26,359 bases of DNA from a virus (lineage: Duplodnaviria > Caudoviricetes), in IMG/VR virus record IMGVR_UViG_3300042866_001666, positions 1 through 26,359 of that record. One strand, given 5' to 3'. Within the stretch, counting starts at the first letter, position 1, and each line of letters starts with the position of its first letter. This document shows positions 16,663-23,786 of the stretch, piece by piece. Under the pieces are notes generated by a model, which saw nothing but the letters and a program-made list of their open reading frames with translations, made no database searches and was not told where the DNA came from. The position numbers and the translations under genes are program-made.

Positions 16663-17135
16663 TTAAAGCAATTGCAGCAATGGATAATAACCGTCTAATC
16701 GGACGGGGTGGTGGACTTCCCTGGCCTACCATCAAAGAAGACTTTCAGTGGTTCAAGACTTTTACAGCAAATCAATATCTTGTTGTTGGGTCTACGACAT
16801 ACAAAACTTTGCCACCTTTGCCGGGTCGTAAACTGTTGGTATTGACCGATTCTTTTCAGGATCGATGGTTCAACCCAGTAAATGACACAGCAATGTGTAC
16901 GGTGTCACTGTTTGATGTGTTGGGAATTGCAGAAAAACGAGATGTTATTGTTATCGGAGGTGCAAAGACATATACGTTATTCATGGATTTTATCAAAGAA
17001 TTTTATGTTACGCATGTTAATGGTTCTTATGATGGAGACACATATATGCCACCATTTAGCGATTCATTGAATCAAACTACATTAATTGCGTCTTTAGAAA
17101 ACGGACATAAAATATTTCGTTACACTCGAAACTAA
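16659..17135 (+). CDS. folA: Dihydrofolate reductase
   Basis: IAAMD.NRLIG..GGLPW...EDFQWFK, VVG..TY, PLPGR, IGGA..Y, YDGDTY.P. Confidence 0.93.
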   Translation: MIKAIAAMDNNRLIGRGGGLPWPTIKEDFQWFKTFTANQYLVVGSTTYKTLPPLPGRKLLVLTDSFQDRWFNPVNDTAMCTVSLFDVLGIAEKRDVIVIGGAKTYTLFMDFIKEFYVTHVNGSYDGDTYMPPFSDSLNQTTLIASLENGHKIFRYTRN

Positions 17136-17150
17136 CTATATATCAAAAAT

Positions 17151-17918
17151 ATGTTTACATCAATCAAATCATTTGTGAGAAACTTGTTTTCAAAAAAGAA
17201 AACGTCAGAAGTTATCGTTCAAACCGCAAAATCTAAAAGTTCAACTGTAATTTTGGTTCCTGTTGGACATCACATTGAACCCGCCGTAGATGATGCGTTA
17301 CGTAAATTGGAATCGATGGGTTATACAGTATGGCGAAAGTATGGTTGGTCTGCTATTGATCAGGGACGGTGTGCGATGGCTCAAGAAGCACTTGATGCTG
17401 GTTTTGAACATTTGTTTTGGATTGATGCTGATGTAGTGTTTTGGCCTTACGATGTGGAAAAATTGATTAGTCATGGATTTACATTTATGAGCGCACCTTA
17501 TAGTGTAAAGGGATGGCCAGTGTTGACTACTCAATTTAAGAACAAAAACGTTCAATTGGGTGAGAATGGAGGAATATACGAAGTTAACTATGCTGCCACT
17601 GGATTCATGTATACGCATCGTAGTGTATATGAAAAGATGGCAAAAGAACTGAACATGGAAAAGGTCAAGATTTGGGGTGGACAATATAACGTATATCCAT
17701 ACTTCTTTCCAATTTTGATTGATGGTGAATATCTGGGTGAAGATTTTGCATTTTGTCATCGACTAAAACAAATCGGTGTACCATTGTATAGTGACACACG
17801 GGTAAAGTTGTCACACATTGGAAAGTATTCTTATAGTTTTGAATTTCTCAATTCAGGCGTCAAAAAAGAACCCACCAGTGTCAATTATACCCAAGATGAA
17901 AACTTGAAATTTAGTTGA
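17151..17918 (+). CDS. GT-A fold glycosyltransferase-like protein
   Basis: SAIDQGR, HLFWIDADV (DxD), ATGFM...R.V, GEDFAFC.R, L.HIG.Y. Confidence 0.8.
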   Translation: MFTSIKSFVRNLFSKKKTSEVIVQTAKSKSSTVILVPVGHHIEPAVDDALRKLESMGYTVWRKYGWSAIDQGRCAMAQEALDAGFEHLFWIDADVVFWPYDVEKLISHGFTFMSAPYSVKGWPVLTTQFKNKNVQLGENGGIYEVNYAATGFMYTHRSVYEKMAKELNMEKVKIWGGQYNVYPYFFPILIDGEYLGEDFAFCHRLKQIGVPLYSDTRVKLSHIGKYSYSFEFLNSGVKKEPTSVNYTQDENLKFS

Positions 17919-17920
17919 AT

Positions 17921-18145
17921 ATGAATTATATCATTTGGGAAGCAGAATTAGATAAAAAGTATAAAATTTACGTTGAACGAGTTGAACCTTACAAGGGTGA
18001 ACTTGTAATCAAAGAAGGTGATAAAGAACTTACACATAAGTTTGTCACTATAGCATATGATGCCAAGTTTGGACCCGATATCGCCGATGTGGCAGAGTGG
18101 GAAAGATCGGCCATCGACTTTATCGATAATACATTGAATAAGTAA
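17921..18145 (+). CDS. Hypothetical protein (74 aa)
   Basis: ATG 17921; tiles between neighbours. Confidence 0.75.
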   Translation: MNYIIWEAELDKKYKIYVERVEPYKGELVIKEGDKELTHKFVTIAYDAKFGPDIADVAEWERSAIDFIDNTLNK

Positions 18146-18146
18146 T

Positions 18147-18398
18147 ATGAACAAAGTAGATATACAAATATTCAACCGTAATGATGTTAATCACATGAGA
18201 TGCATCAGAGATGTTGAAATGGAAATAAGATACGGAAACAAATGTCCAGTATTCAACGATGAACATAACGATGTCAGACAACACATTAGAGATGTTCTAA
18301 TAAACAAAACCGTGGAAAATAAAGAAATCACAGAATTCTATAACTTTATGGTTAATATGTTGGCAAATGTCAGTAAAGAAATAAGAAACTATGAATAA
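18147..18398 (+). CDS. Hypothetical protein (83 aa) sharing its N-terminus with ThyA
   Basis: Starts MNKVD as ThyA does; internal NDV...IRDV repeat. Confidence 0.6.
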   Translation: MNKVDIQIFNRNDVNHMRCIRDVEMEIRYGNKCPVFNDEHNDVRQHIRDVLINKTVENKEITEFYNFMVNMLANVSKEIRNYE

Positions 18399-19557
18399 AG
18401 TAGACACAGAATATTTCAGAATTGTCAATGATATTTTGACAAACGGAAGACTTAAAAAGAACCGAACTGGTGTAGATACCATTGGTATTTTTGGTGCTCA
18501 AGCCAAATACAATGTGGATCTAAACGCATTTCCTCTATTAACCACCAAAAAAGTGCATTGGCCAGCAATTGTTCACGAACTATTGTGGTTTATCAGTGGT
18601 GATACAAACATCAAGTATCTGGTTGATAACAATGTTCGCATTTGGAATGAATGGGCATACAAGAAGTATACAGATACCTGTATATCTAAAATACCTGACA
18701 ATGAGTTAGAGTCTCTATCTGTTCCATCTGGAATGTCTCTATCAGATGTTGATCATTTGCCTATGGATATGTTCATTGAACGCATTAAAAACGATGTAGA
18801 ATTTGCCACTAAATGGGGTGAACTTGGTGAAGGAACTTATGGTGGAATGTGGCGAGCATTTCCATATTTTGACAATAGCGATCCAATGTGTCGCAACCAA
18901 AAGACATCCGATCCTACTGCTCCATTAGATATCCATTATGAAACAAGTAGTGGATACGCTTGTGAAGTAGGTCATGTGGATCAATTGCAAAAGGTAATTA
19001 ACAAGCTTAAAACCAATCCAGATGATCGTCGTATGATTGTCTCAGCATGGCATCCATACTGGGTAGATCATTGCGCATTGCCACCCTGTCATTGTCTATT
19101 CCACTTTCATACAGAAGAATTGACACTGGAAGAACGAATTGATATTTTACAGAAACAAGTTGGTCCTGTAAATCTTCCTAAATCTGAAATTTGGATCATT
19201 CAAAAACTGAATGAGGAGAATATTCCCCACCGTCGTTTGAATTGTTTGCTCTACCAAAGATCCGTGGACACTGCGCTTGGAAAGCCATTTAATATTGCAA
19301 GTTACGCATTGTTAACTGCAATGATTGCACAAACTGTTAATATGGTTCCCGGTATGTTTACGCATTCAATGGGTGATACTCATATCTATGTAAATCATAT
19401 TGACGGATTGAAGTTACAATTAACACGGGAACCAAAGAAGCTACCTAAAGTTTGGTTGAATCCAGAAGTTAAATCACTGTTTGATTTCAAATATGACGAT
19501 ATTAAACTATTAGATTATGAGTTTCACTCTACAATCAAGTTTGATGTAGCGGTTTGA
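18391..19557 (+). CDS. thyA: Thymidylate synthase with insertions
   Basis: RTGVDT, FPLLTTKK, ELLWFISGDTN, IWNEWA, DDRRMIVSAW, ALPPCH, YQRSVD, PFNIASY, GDTHIY.NH; ends VAV*. Confidence 0.98.
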   Translation: MNKVDTEYFRIVNDILTNGRLKKNRTGVDTIGIFGAQAKYNVDLNAFPLLTTKKVHWPAIVHELLWFISGDTNIKYLVDNNVRIWNEWAYKKYTDTCISKIPDNELESLSVPSGMSLSDVDHLPMDMFIERIKNDVEFATKWGELGEGTYGGMWRAFPYFDNSDPMCRNQKTSDPTAPLDIHYETSSGYACEVGHVDQLQKVINKLKTNPDDRRMIVSAWHPYWVDHCALPPCHCLFHFHTEELTLEERIDILQKQVGPVNLPKSEIWIIQKLNEENIPHRRLNCLLYQRSVDTALGKPFNIASYALLTAMIAQTVNMVPGMFTHSMGDTHIYVNHIDGLKLQLTREPKKLPKVWLNPEVKSLFDFKYDDIKLLDYEFHSTIKFDVAV

Positions 19558-20290
19558 TATCAGTATTTTTTTTGAACTTTTTATTAATCCAATTACTTAT
19601 AGTTCCAATGGAGACATGCAATTTCCTTGCAGCATCAGCTTGAGATACATACGATACTCCATTGAGAACTATAGGATTGGCATTAGCAGGAAGAGTTCCT
19701 TTTCTTTTTTCAGACGCTTTTTGTTTATATTCATCCGTGTGTTTTTTTCCATAAAAAGCGTTTCTTTGTCCTAGTTTCGAACAATATGAACAGTATTTAT
19801 GGCCATATCTTAGTTGTTTGCCACAGTCATTACATTTAGGAGAAGAAACGCCACCTTTCCAATTTGGATTCTTTTCCCCCGGTCGGCTCCATCTTTCCAA
19901 CTTGTCTTTTTTAGACATTTTTGCAACAGTTTCATTTACAGTTTTTGTCATCTTTTCTATAATAACATCTCTATGTGGATGGTGTGTTAAATTATCACCT
20001 CCACCAATACTGCCAACGTTATATTCAGGTTTTAACATTGTAACAAAATACGTTTCTTCATTTAACAGTTCGACATTCGACGCATTGGGCATTTCTTTTA
20101 TAACTTCATAAATAAAATTTTCTTTTCCATATTTGTTCCACGCTCTTTGAAGATATACTGAATGATGTCGATTATTTTTTAATGATGATTTGTGTATACC
20201 CCAACGCCTCTTAATATTTTTACTACTTCCAATGTATATTTTACCATTTTTGACGTTGACAATCTTGTATATTCCACTTATGATATTCAT
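19535..20290 (-). mobile_element. Free-standing GIY-YIG homing endonuclease, I-TevI-like
   Basis: SGIYKI.N..NGKIYIGSS...RW..H...LQRAWNKYG...E...YN; then CxxC..CxxC, NAFYGKKHT..K.K.SEK.KG (NUMOD3-like) and ADAARKL HTH; 251 aa; stop overlaps the thyA 3' end. Confidence 0.9.
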
Positions 20291-20334
20291 AACAATATAT
20301 ATTAAATGCCAATCCTAAAAACACATCTATTTTT

Positions 20335-20391
20335 ATGAAATACAAAACTTACAATCCCCGTCCTGCAATTAAAACGGAGGTAGCAGTATGA
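20335..20391 (+). pseudogene. Stranded second copy of the thyA C-terminus
   Basis: MKYKTYNPRPAIKTEVAV* aligns to the ThyA end DYEFHSTIKFDVAV* (Y, IK, VAV, stop) and resembles the usual ThyA terminus Y.PHPAIK..VAV. Confidence 0.75.
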
Positions 20392-20576
20392 AATACAAAT
20401 ATAGTGTTAGAATACATGATGTATCCACTACCGAAGAATTGGAAACTATAATGAACGAATATGGTTCAAAAGGTATTCGTGTCATCAAAGCAGATTTCTC
20501 AGGTTCTAAACTAGTTAACTGCAGACAACAAGCTAGATATACTCTATACTTAGAAGAGAAAATCAAAACCAAGTAA
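20388..20576 (+). CDS. Hypothetical protein (62 aa)
   Basis: GGAGG RBS at 20376-20380; ATGA overlap with the thyA remnant. Confidence 0.75.
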   Translation: MKYKYSVRIHDVSTTEELETIMNEYGSKGIRVIKADFSGSKLVNCRQQARYTLYLEEKIKTK

Positions 20577-20587
20577 CATACAAATAT

Positions 20588-20926
20588 ATGAAATTGGTTA
20601 TAGGAGTAACAATTCTAATCTTCGTCTACATCATTGGGTGGCATCAACTATATGGTCAGTTCATCAACGAGTTTTACAAAAAGTACCAATATTGGTTGGT
20701 ACTACTGAGTATACCCAGCACACTGTTGTCAATTTACAGTGTACGACTTATCAGTGAATATTTTGACGGCAAAATGTGGCCAAACCGAATACTCACATTT
20801 AGCATAGGCATAGTTATGTTTACAATGTTAACACAGATCTACTTCAATGAAAAATTGAATGCCAAAACATTGGTATTGATTGGATTGAGTGGACTAATTG
20901 TAGCATTACAAGTACTTTGGAAATAA
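20588..20926 (+). CDS. Four-TM membrane protein (DMT/EamA-like half)
   Basis: 112 aa, four hydrophobic segments, F.EKLN motif before the last helix. Confidence 0.7.
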   Translation: MKLVIGVTILIFVYIIGWHQLYGQFINEFYKKYQYWLVLLSIPSTLLSIYSVRLISEYFDGKMWPNRILTFSIGIVMFTMLTQIYFNEKLNAKTLVLIGLSGLIVALQVLWK

Positions 20927-20931
20927 ATTCT

Positions 20932-21126
20932 ATGAACAACAAAATTACTATCATCTCTAATAATGACTTTAAAGTGGAACACTATGAAACGTGTGTAACA
21001 TGTAACAGATGCACTGAGGTTCCGATTGATTTACACGTTGATTATCGTCACAACTATGTCGAGGGTGTAGGACAACTGTGCCACGAATGTTTTTCTGAGA
21101 TTGACGAACATTGTGAGTTGACATGA
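20932..21126 (+). CDS. Small Zn-binding phage protein
   Basis: CVTC...HVDYR.NYVEGVGQLCHEC pattern. Confidence 0.75.
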   Translation: MNNKITIISNNDFKVEHYETCVTCNRCTEVPIDLHVDYRHNYVEGVGQLCHECFSEIDEHCELT

Positions 21127-21146
21127 ACGTGACTTGTGAGTATAGT
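21118..21146 (+). promoter_or_regulatory. Sigma70-type promoter (leadered)
   Basis: TTGACA (21118-21123)-N17-TATAGT (21141-21146), followed by AGGAGA (21155-21160) and GTG 21171. Confidence 0.75.
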
Positions 21147-21170
21147 CAACATATAGGAGATAAAAAAGCT

Positions 21171-21800
21171 GTGCCAAATTATACCAAAGTCCCACTCACT
21201 TCGATTACTAGTCACACAAAGAAAGTGACCGAATTAGAGTTTTTGTTGGAAGTGTTGCCTAAATTGGATGAAAAAGGTCCATGGATTGCCGGTGGATGTT
21301 TGTTGAGAACATATCTTGAACTTCCAATGTCAACCGACATCGATGTATTTTTTGCCAATATTGAGCAGAAGAATCACTATCTAAACGAACTTGTTAAAAG
21401 TAATCAATTCAAAGTTATTTCAAGAGGAGAAGATACAAAGTGGGTACAAAACGTCATAATTGCATATAGAACACGATCTTACACTATTCAGTTGATTCAC
21501 GGTCACTTTTTTAATAGTCCATGTAATCTATTGGATGATTTTGACATGAATATTTGTCAACTGGCATACGACGGCAAAAAGTTGTATGTTGCTGAGGATA
21601 CTATTGATGCAATCAAAAATCGTTATATATCCGTTAACCACGTATCCAATCCTAGAAACTTCATGACGAGATGTATGAAGTATGCGCGACTTGGATTTTC
21701 TATGCACAGCGATCAAATTAACAAGTTTTTTGATACAATCAAAACCAATCCAAACTCAATTGTAAAAAAATCAACAGATTATGAAGAACTCGGAAAATAA
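21171..21800 (+). CDS. Pol-beta superfamily nucleotidyltransferase (CCA/poly(A) polymerase head-like)
   Basis: WIAGG..LR, DIDVFF, IQLI, FDMNICQ and R..KY..LGF motifs; start reassigned to GTG 21171. Confidence 0.8.
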   Translation: MPNYTKVPLTSITSHTKKVTELEFLLEVLPKLDEKGPWIAGGCLLRTYLELPMSTDIDVFFANIEQKNHYLNELVKSNQFKVISRGEDTKWVQNVIIAYRTRSYTIQLIHGHFFNSPCNLLDDFDMNICQLAYDGKKLYVAEDTIDAIKNRYISVNHVSNPRNFMTRCMKYARLGFSMHSDQINKFFDTIKTNPNSIVKKSTDYEELGK

Positions 21801-21912
21801 TAATCAAGCAGGTAAAGGCGATTCACCTCGTCCAGTCAACAAATCTAAATGGGACAAAAATTATGACTCAATTGATTGGGGTCGTCCAAAGAAGAAGACA
21901 AAGAAGAAATGA
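21781..21912 (+). CDS. Small basic protein (43 aa; not in ORF track)
   Basis: MKNSENNNQAGKGDSPRPVNKSKWDKNYDSIDWGRPKKKTKKK*; GKGD.PRP...YD.I.W small phage protein pattern; ATGA overlap with the next gene. Confidence 0.75.
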   Translation: MKNSENNNQAGKGDSPRPVNKSKWDKNYDSIDWGRPKKKTKKK

Positions 21913-22574
21913 ATAAACACGTCATCATTGCTCACTACAATGAAGACTTAAATTGGGTAAAACATCTAAACGTTCCGTACACTGTTTTATCAAAAGAAGC
22001 ACTGAAACTAAATGTAGGCCATGAAAGTTGGACCTACGTTTATTTCATTGTGCAGAATTACCACAGTCTTCCAGATAAAATGTTGTTTCTACATGGTCAC
22101 GAAACATCATTTCATCAAACGTATCCATCTTGGTATATTGCAAACAATCTAAACTGGAATAAATTCGACTACATTAACGTTAACGATCATGCTTTTTGGG
22201 AAAATGGTGATATGCAGTGTATTTGGGAGGGTGATTATGAAGACTGTGAAAACAATTATCGTCGTAGTTACGATCTGTGGTTGAAAAACAACTGGCAGGA
22301 TATCTTTAATAACGATTTAGAGTTACCTAAGAGTATTTGGTTTCTTGGTTTTGGTCAATTCATGGTATCAAAACACTTGGTATTACGTCATTCTATAGAG
22401 TTTTACAAACGAATACTACGTTGGCTAGAAACCACGGATCTTGACAAACGACTATATGTGGGTGATCCAGACAAATTCAAACATTCTTATGCCAGTGCTA
22501 GAGTATTTGAGTATCTTTGGCATTATATTTTCACTGGAAATCCCGTGGAACATTTGGAACACTATTTGTTGTAA
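21909..22574 (+). CDS. DUF3431-like protein (putative glycan-modifying)
   Basis: IIAHYNEDLNW, NVGHE..TY..FIV.NY.SLPD...FLHGH...H, QFMVS...V, FEYLWHYIF. Confidence 0.8.
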   Translation: MNKHVIIAHYNEDLNWVKHLNVPYTVLSKEALKLNVGHESWTYVYFIVQNYHSLPDKMLFLHGHETSFHQTYPSWYIANNLNWNKFDYINVNDHAFWENGDMQCIWEGDYEDCENNYRRSYDLWLKNNWQDIFNNDLELPKSIWFLGFGQFMVSKHLVLRHSIEFYKRILRWLETTDLDKRLYVGDPDKFKHSYASARVFEYLWHYIFTGNPVEHLEHYLL

Positions 22575-22646
22575 CTTTGATGTTACAAGAGTGACAAAAT
22601 AGTGACTCAAAGATGTTAGTTAATTGGATTGTATACTTTAAGATGT

Positions 22647-22865
22647 ATGAATATCCAATGCTTATATTGTCATAAACCTACAGTCAAACGTGGTCATACA
22701 GTAAAAATGTGTTGCATTTGTGATGAAGATCACCGTTTTTTGAACATTGACGATATATTATCCGGATTTCATCATGACAAAGTATATTTATTAGAGAAGG
22801 GTGAGATTACAAACGTTTATGACCAAAAAAACCACTTATACGCCAGTCTACTTGATGTCAGATGA
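22647..22865 (+). CDS. Small Cys-rich hypothetical protein
   Basis: CLYC...CCIC; ATG 22647. Confidence 0.55.
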   Translation: MNIQCLYCHKPTVKRGHTVKMCCICDEDHRFLNIDDILSGFHHDKVYLLEKGEITNVYDQKNHLYASLLDVR

Positions 22866-23436
22866 AGAAACCGATGTCGAACAACAAAAACTCTCAAAAG
22901 ATTCGGTAAGTATAAGTAGTAACCAAGTTTTTTTCTATGACGATGTAAGTCGTCAAACAATATATTCCCTCAATAGACAGTTAGACTCTACAGCTAAAGC
23001 AATACAGCTTTTAAACATACATTATAACCTCCCAGTTTCCCCTGCAATCGATTTGTATATCAATAGTGAAGGTGGAGAGGTATTTAGTGCTTTTAGCGCA
23101 GTTGACCGTATTAAATCATCACCCGTACCCGTTCACACTTACGTTGAAGGATTTTGTGCCAGTGCTGCAACACTTTTGAGTGTGTGTGCCCATAAACGAT
23201 ACATTCGTAAAAACGGATTTATGTTGATTCACCAAGTTCGTAGTGGACTCTGGGGATCATTTGCTGAGTTTCAAGATGAAATTCAAAATCTTGAATTGAT
23301 CATGCGATATATCAAACAAATTTATCTGGAACACACCAATATTCCAGAAAGTGATTTGGTGGAAATACTCAAACATGACACGTATCTAAATGCTGAAGAA
23401 TGTATAAAATACGGGTTAGTTGACGAAATCGTATGA
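22819..23436 (+). CDS. clpP: ClpP-like serine protease (S14)
   Basis: LYINSEGG, GFCASAAT (catalytic Ser), MLIHQ (His), DTYLNAEEC..YGLVD; start may instead be 22855. Confidence 0.88.
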   Translation: MTKKTTYTPVYLMSDEETDVEQQKLSKDSVSISSNQVFFYDDVSRQTIYSLNRQLDSTAKAIQLLNIHYNLPVSPAIDLYINSEGGEVFSAFSAVDRIKSSPVPVHTYVEGFCASAATLLSVCAHKRYIRKNGFMLIHQVRSGLWGSFAEFQDEIQNLELIMRYIKQIYLEHTNIPESDLVEILKHDTYLNAEECIKYGLVDEIV

Positions 23437-23448
23437 TATATATCCAGC

Positions 23449-23766
23449 ATGTCAGGTGCTGGATATCTGTATATCATAACCAATCAAGCGTGGCCAGGAT
23501 TTGTAAAAGTTGGTGTAACGTTGGATCTTAAAAAGAGACTTCAACAATATCAAACTTCTTCGCCATTTCGTGATTACAAGTTGGTATATTCTATCCAACA
23601 TCCAAAGTACCTTGAGGCGGAAAAACAAATCAAGGAAACAATGAAGCCATTTGCAAAATCAATCAAGAATGAGTGGTTTGAAGTGGATCTTCATATGGCA
23701 AAACCCCGATTGGATGAACAATTGGAGTTGTATGAAAACAATAAAAAAGGAATTGACTTATTTTAA
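23449..23766 (+). CDS. GIY-YIG superfamily protein, T5orf172-like
   Basis: GYLYIITN.AWPGFVKVG.T...RL..YQTSSP...E...EWF. Confidence 0.85.
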   Translation: MSGAGYLYIITNQAWPGFVKVGVTLDLKKRLQQYQTSSPFRDYKLVYSIQHPKYLEAEKQIKETMKPFAKSIKNEWFEVDLHMAKPRLDEQLELYENNKKGIDLF

Positions 23767-23780
23767 CCCTGTGATAGGAT
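23753..23780 (+). promoter_or_regulatory. Sigma70-type promoter (extended -10), probably leaderless
   Basis: TTGACT (23753-23758)-N16-TAGGAT (23775-23780), preceded by TGA; 6 nt to ATG 23787. Confidence 0.7.
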
Positions 23781-23786
23781 GACGTT

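Noticed and set aside
18391-19557. thyA as a dCMP hydroxymethylase feeding the carbamoyltransferase
   Set aside because: It retains the Asn of PFNIASY that specifies dUMP and lies near folA; canonical thymidylate synthase.
18391-20290. Group I intron or intein in thyA
   Set aside because: thyA is one continuous ORF with all motifs. The endonuclease is outside it and antisense, and the insertions lack intein termini.
22569-22646. Short palindrome TTGTAAC/GTTACAA and repeated GATGT/AGTGAC words
   Set aside because: Weak AT-rich stem with no T tail and no regular period.
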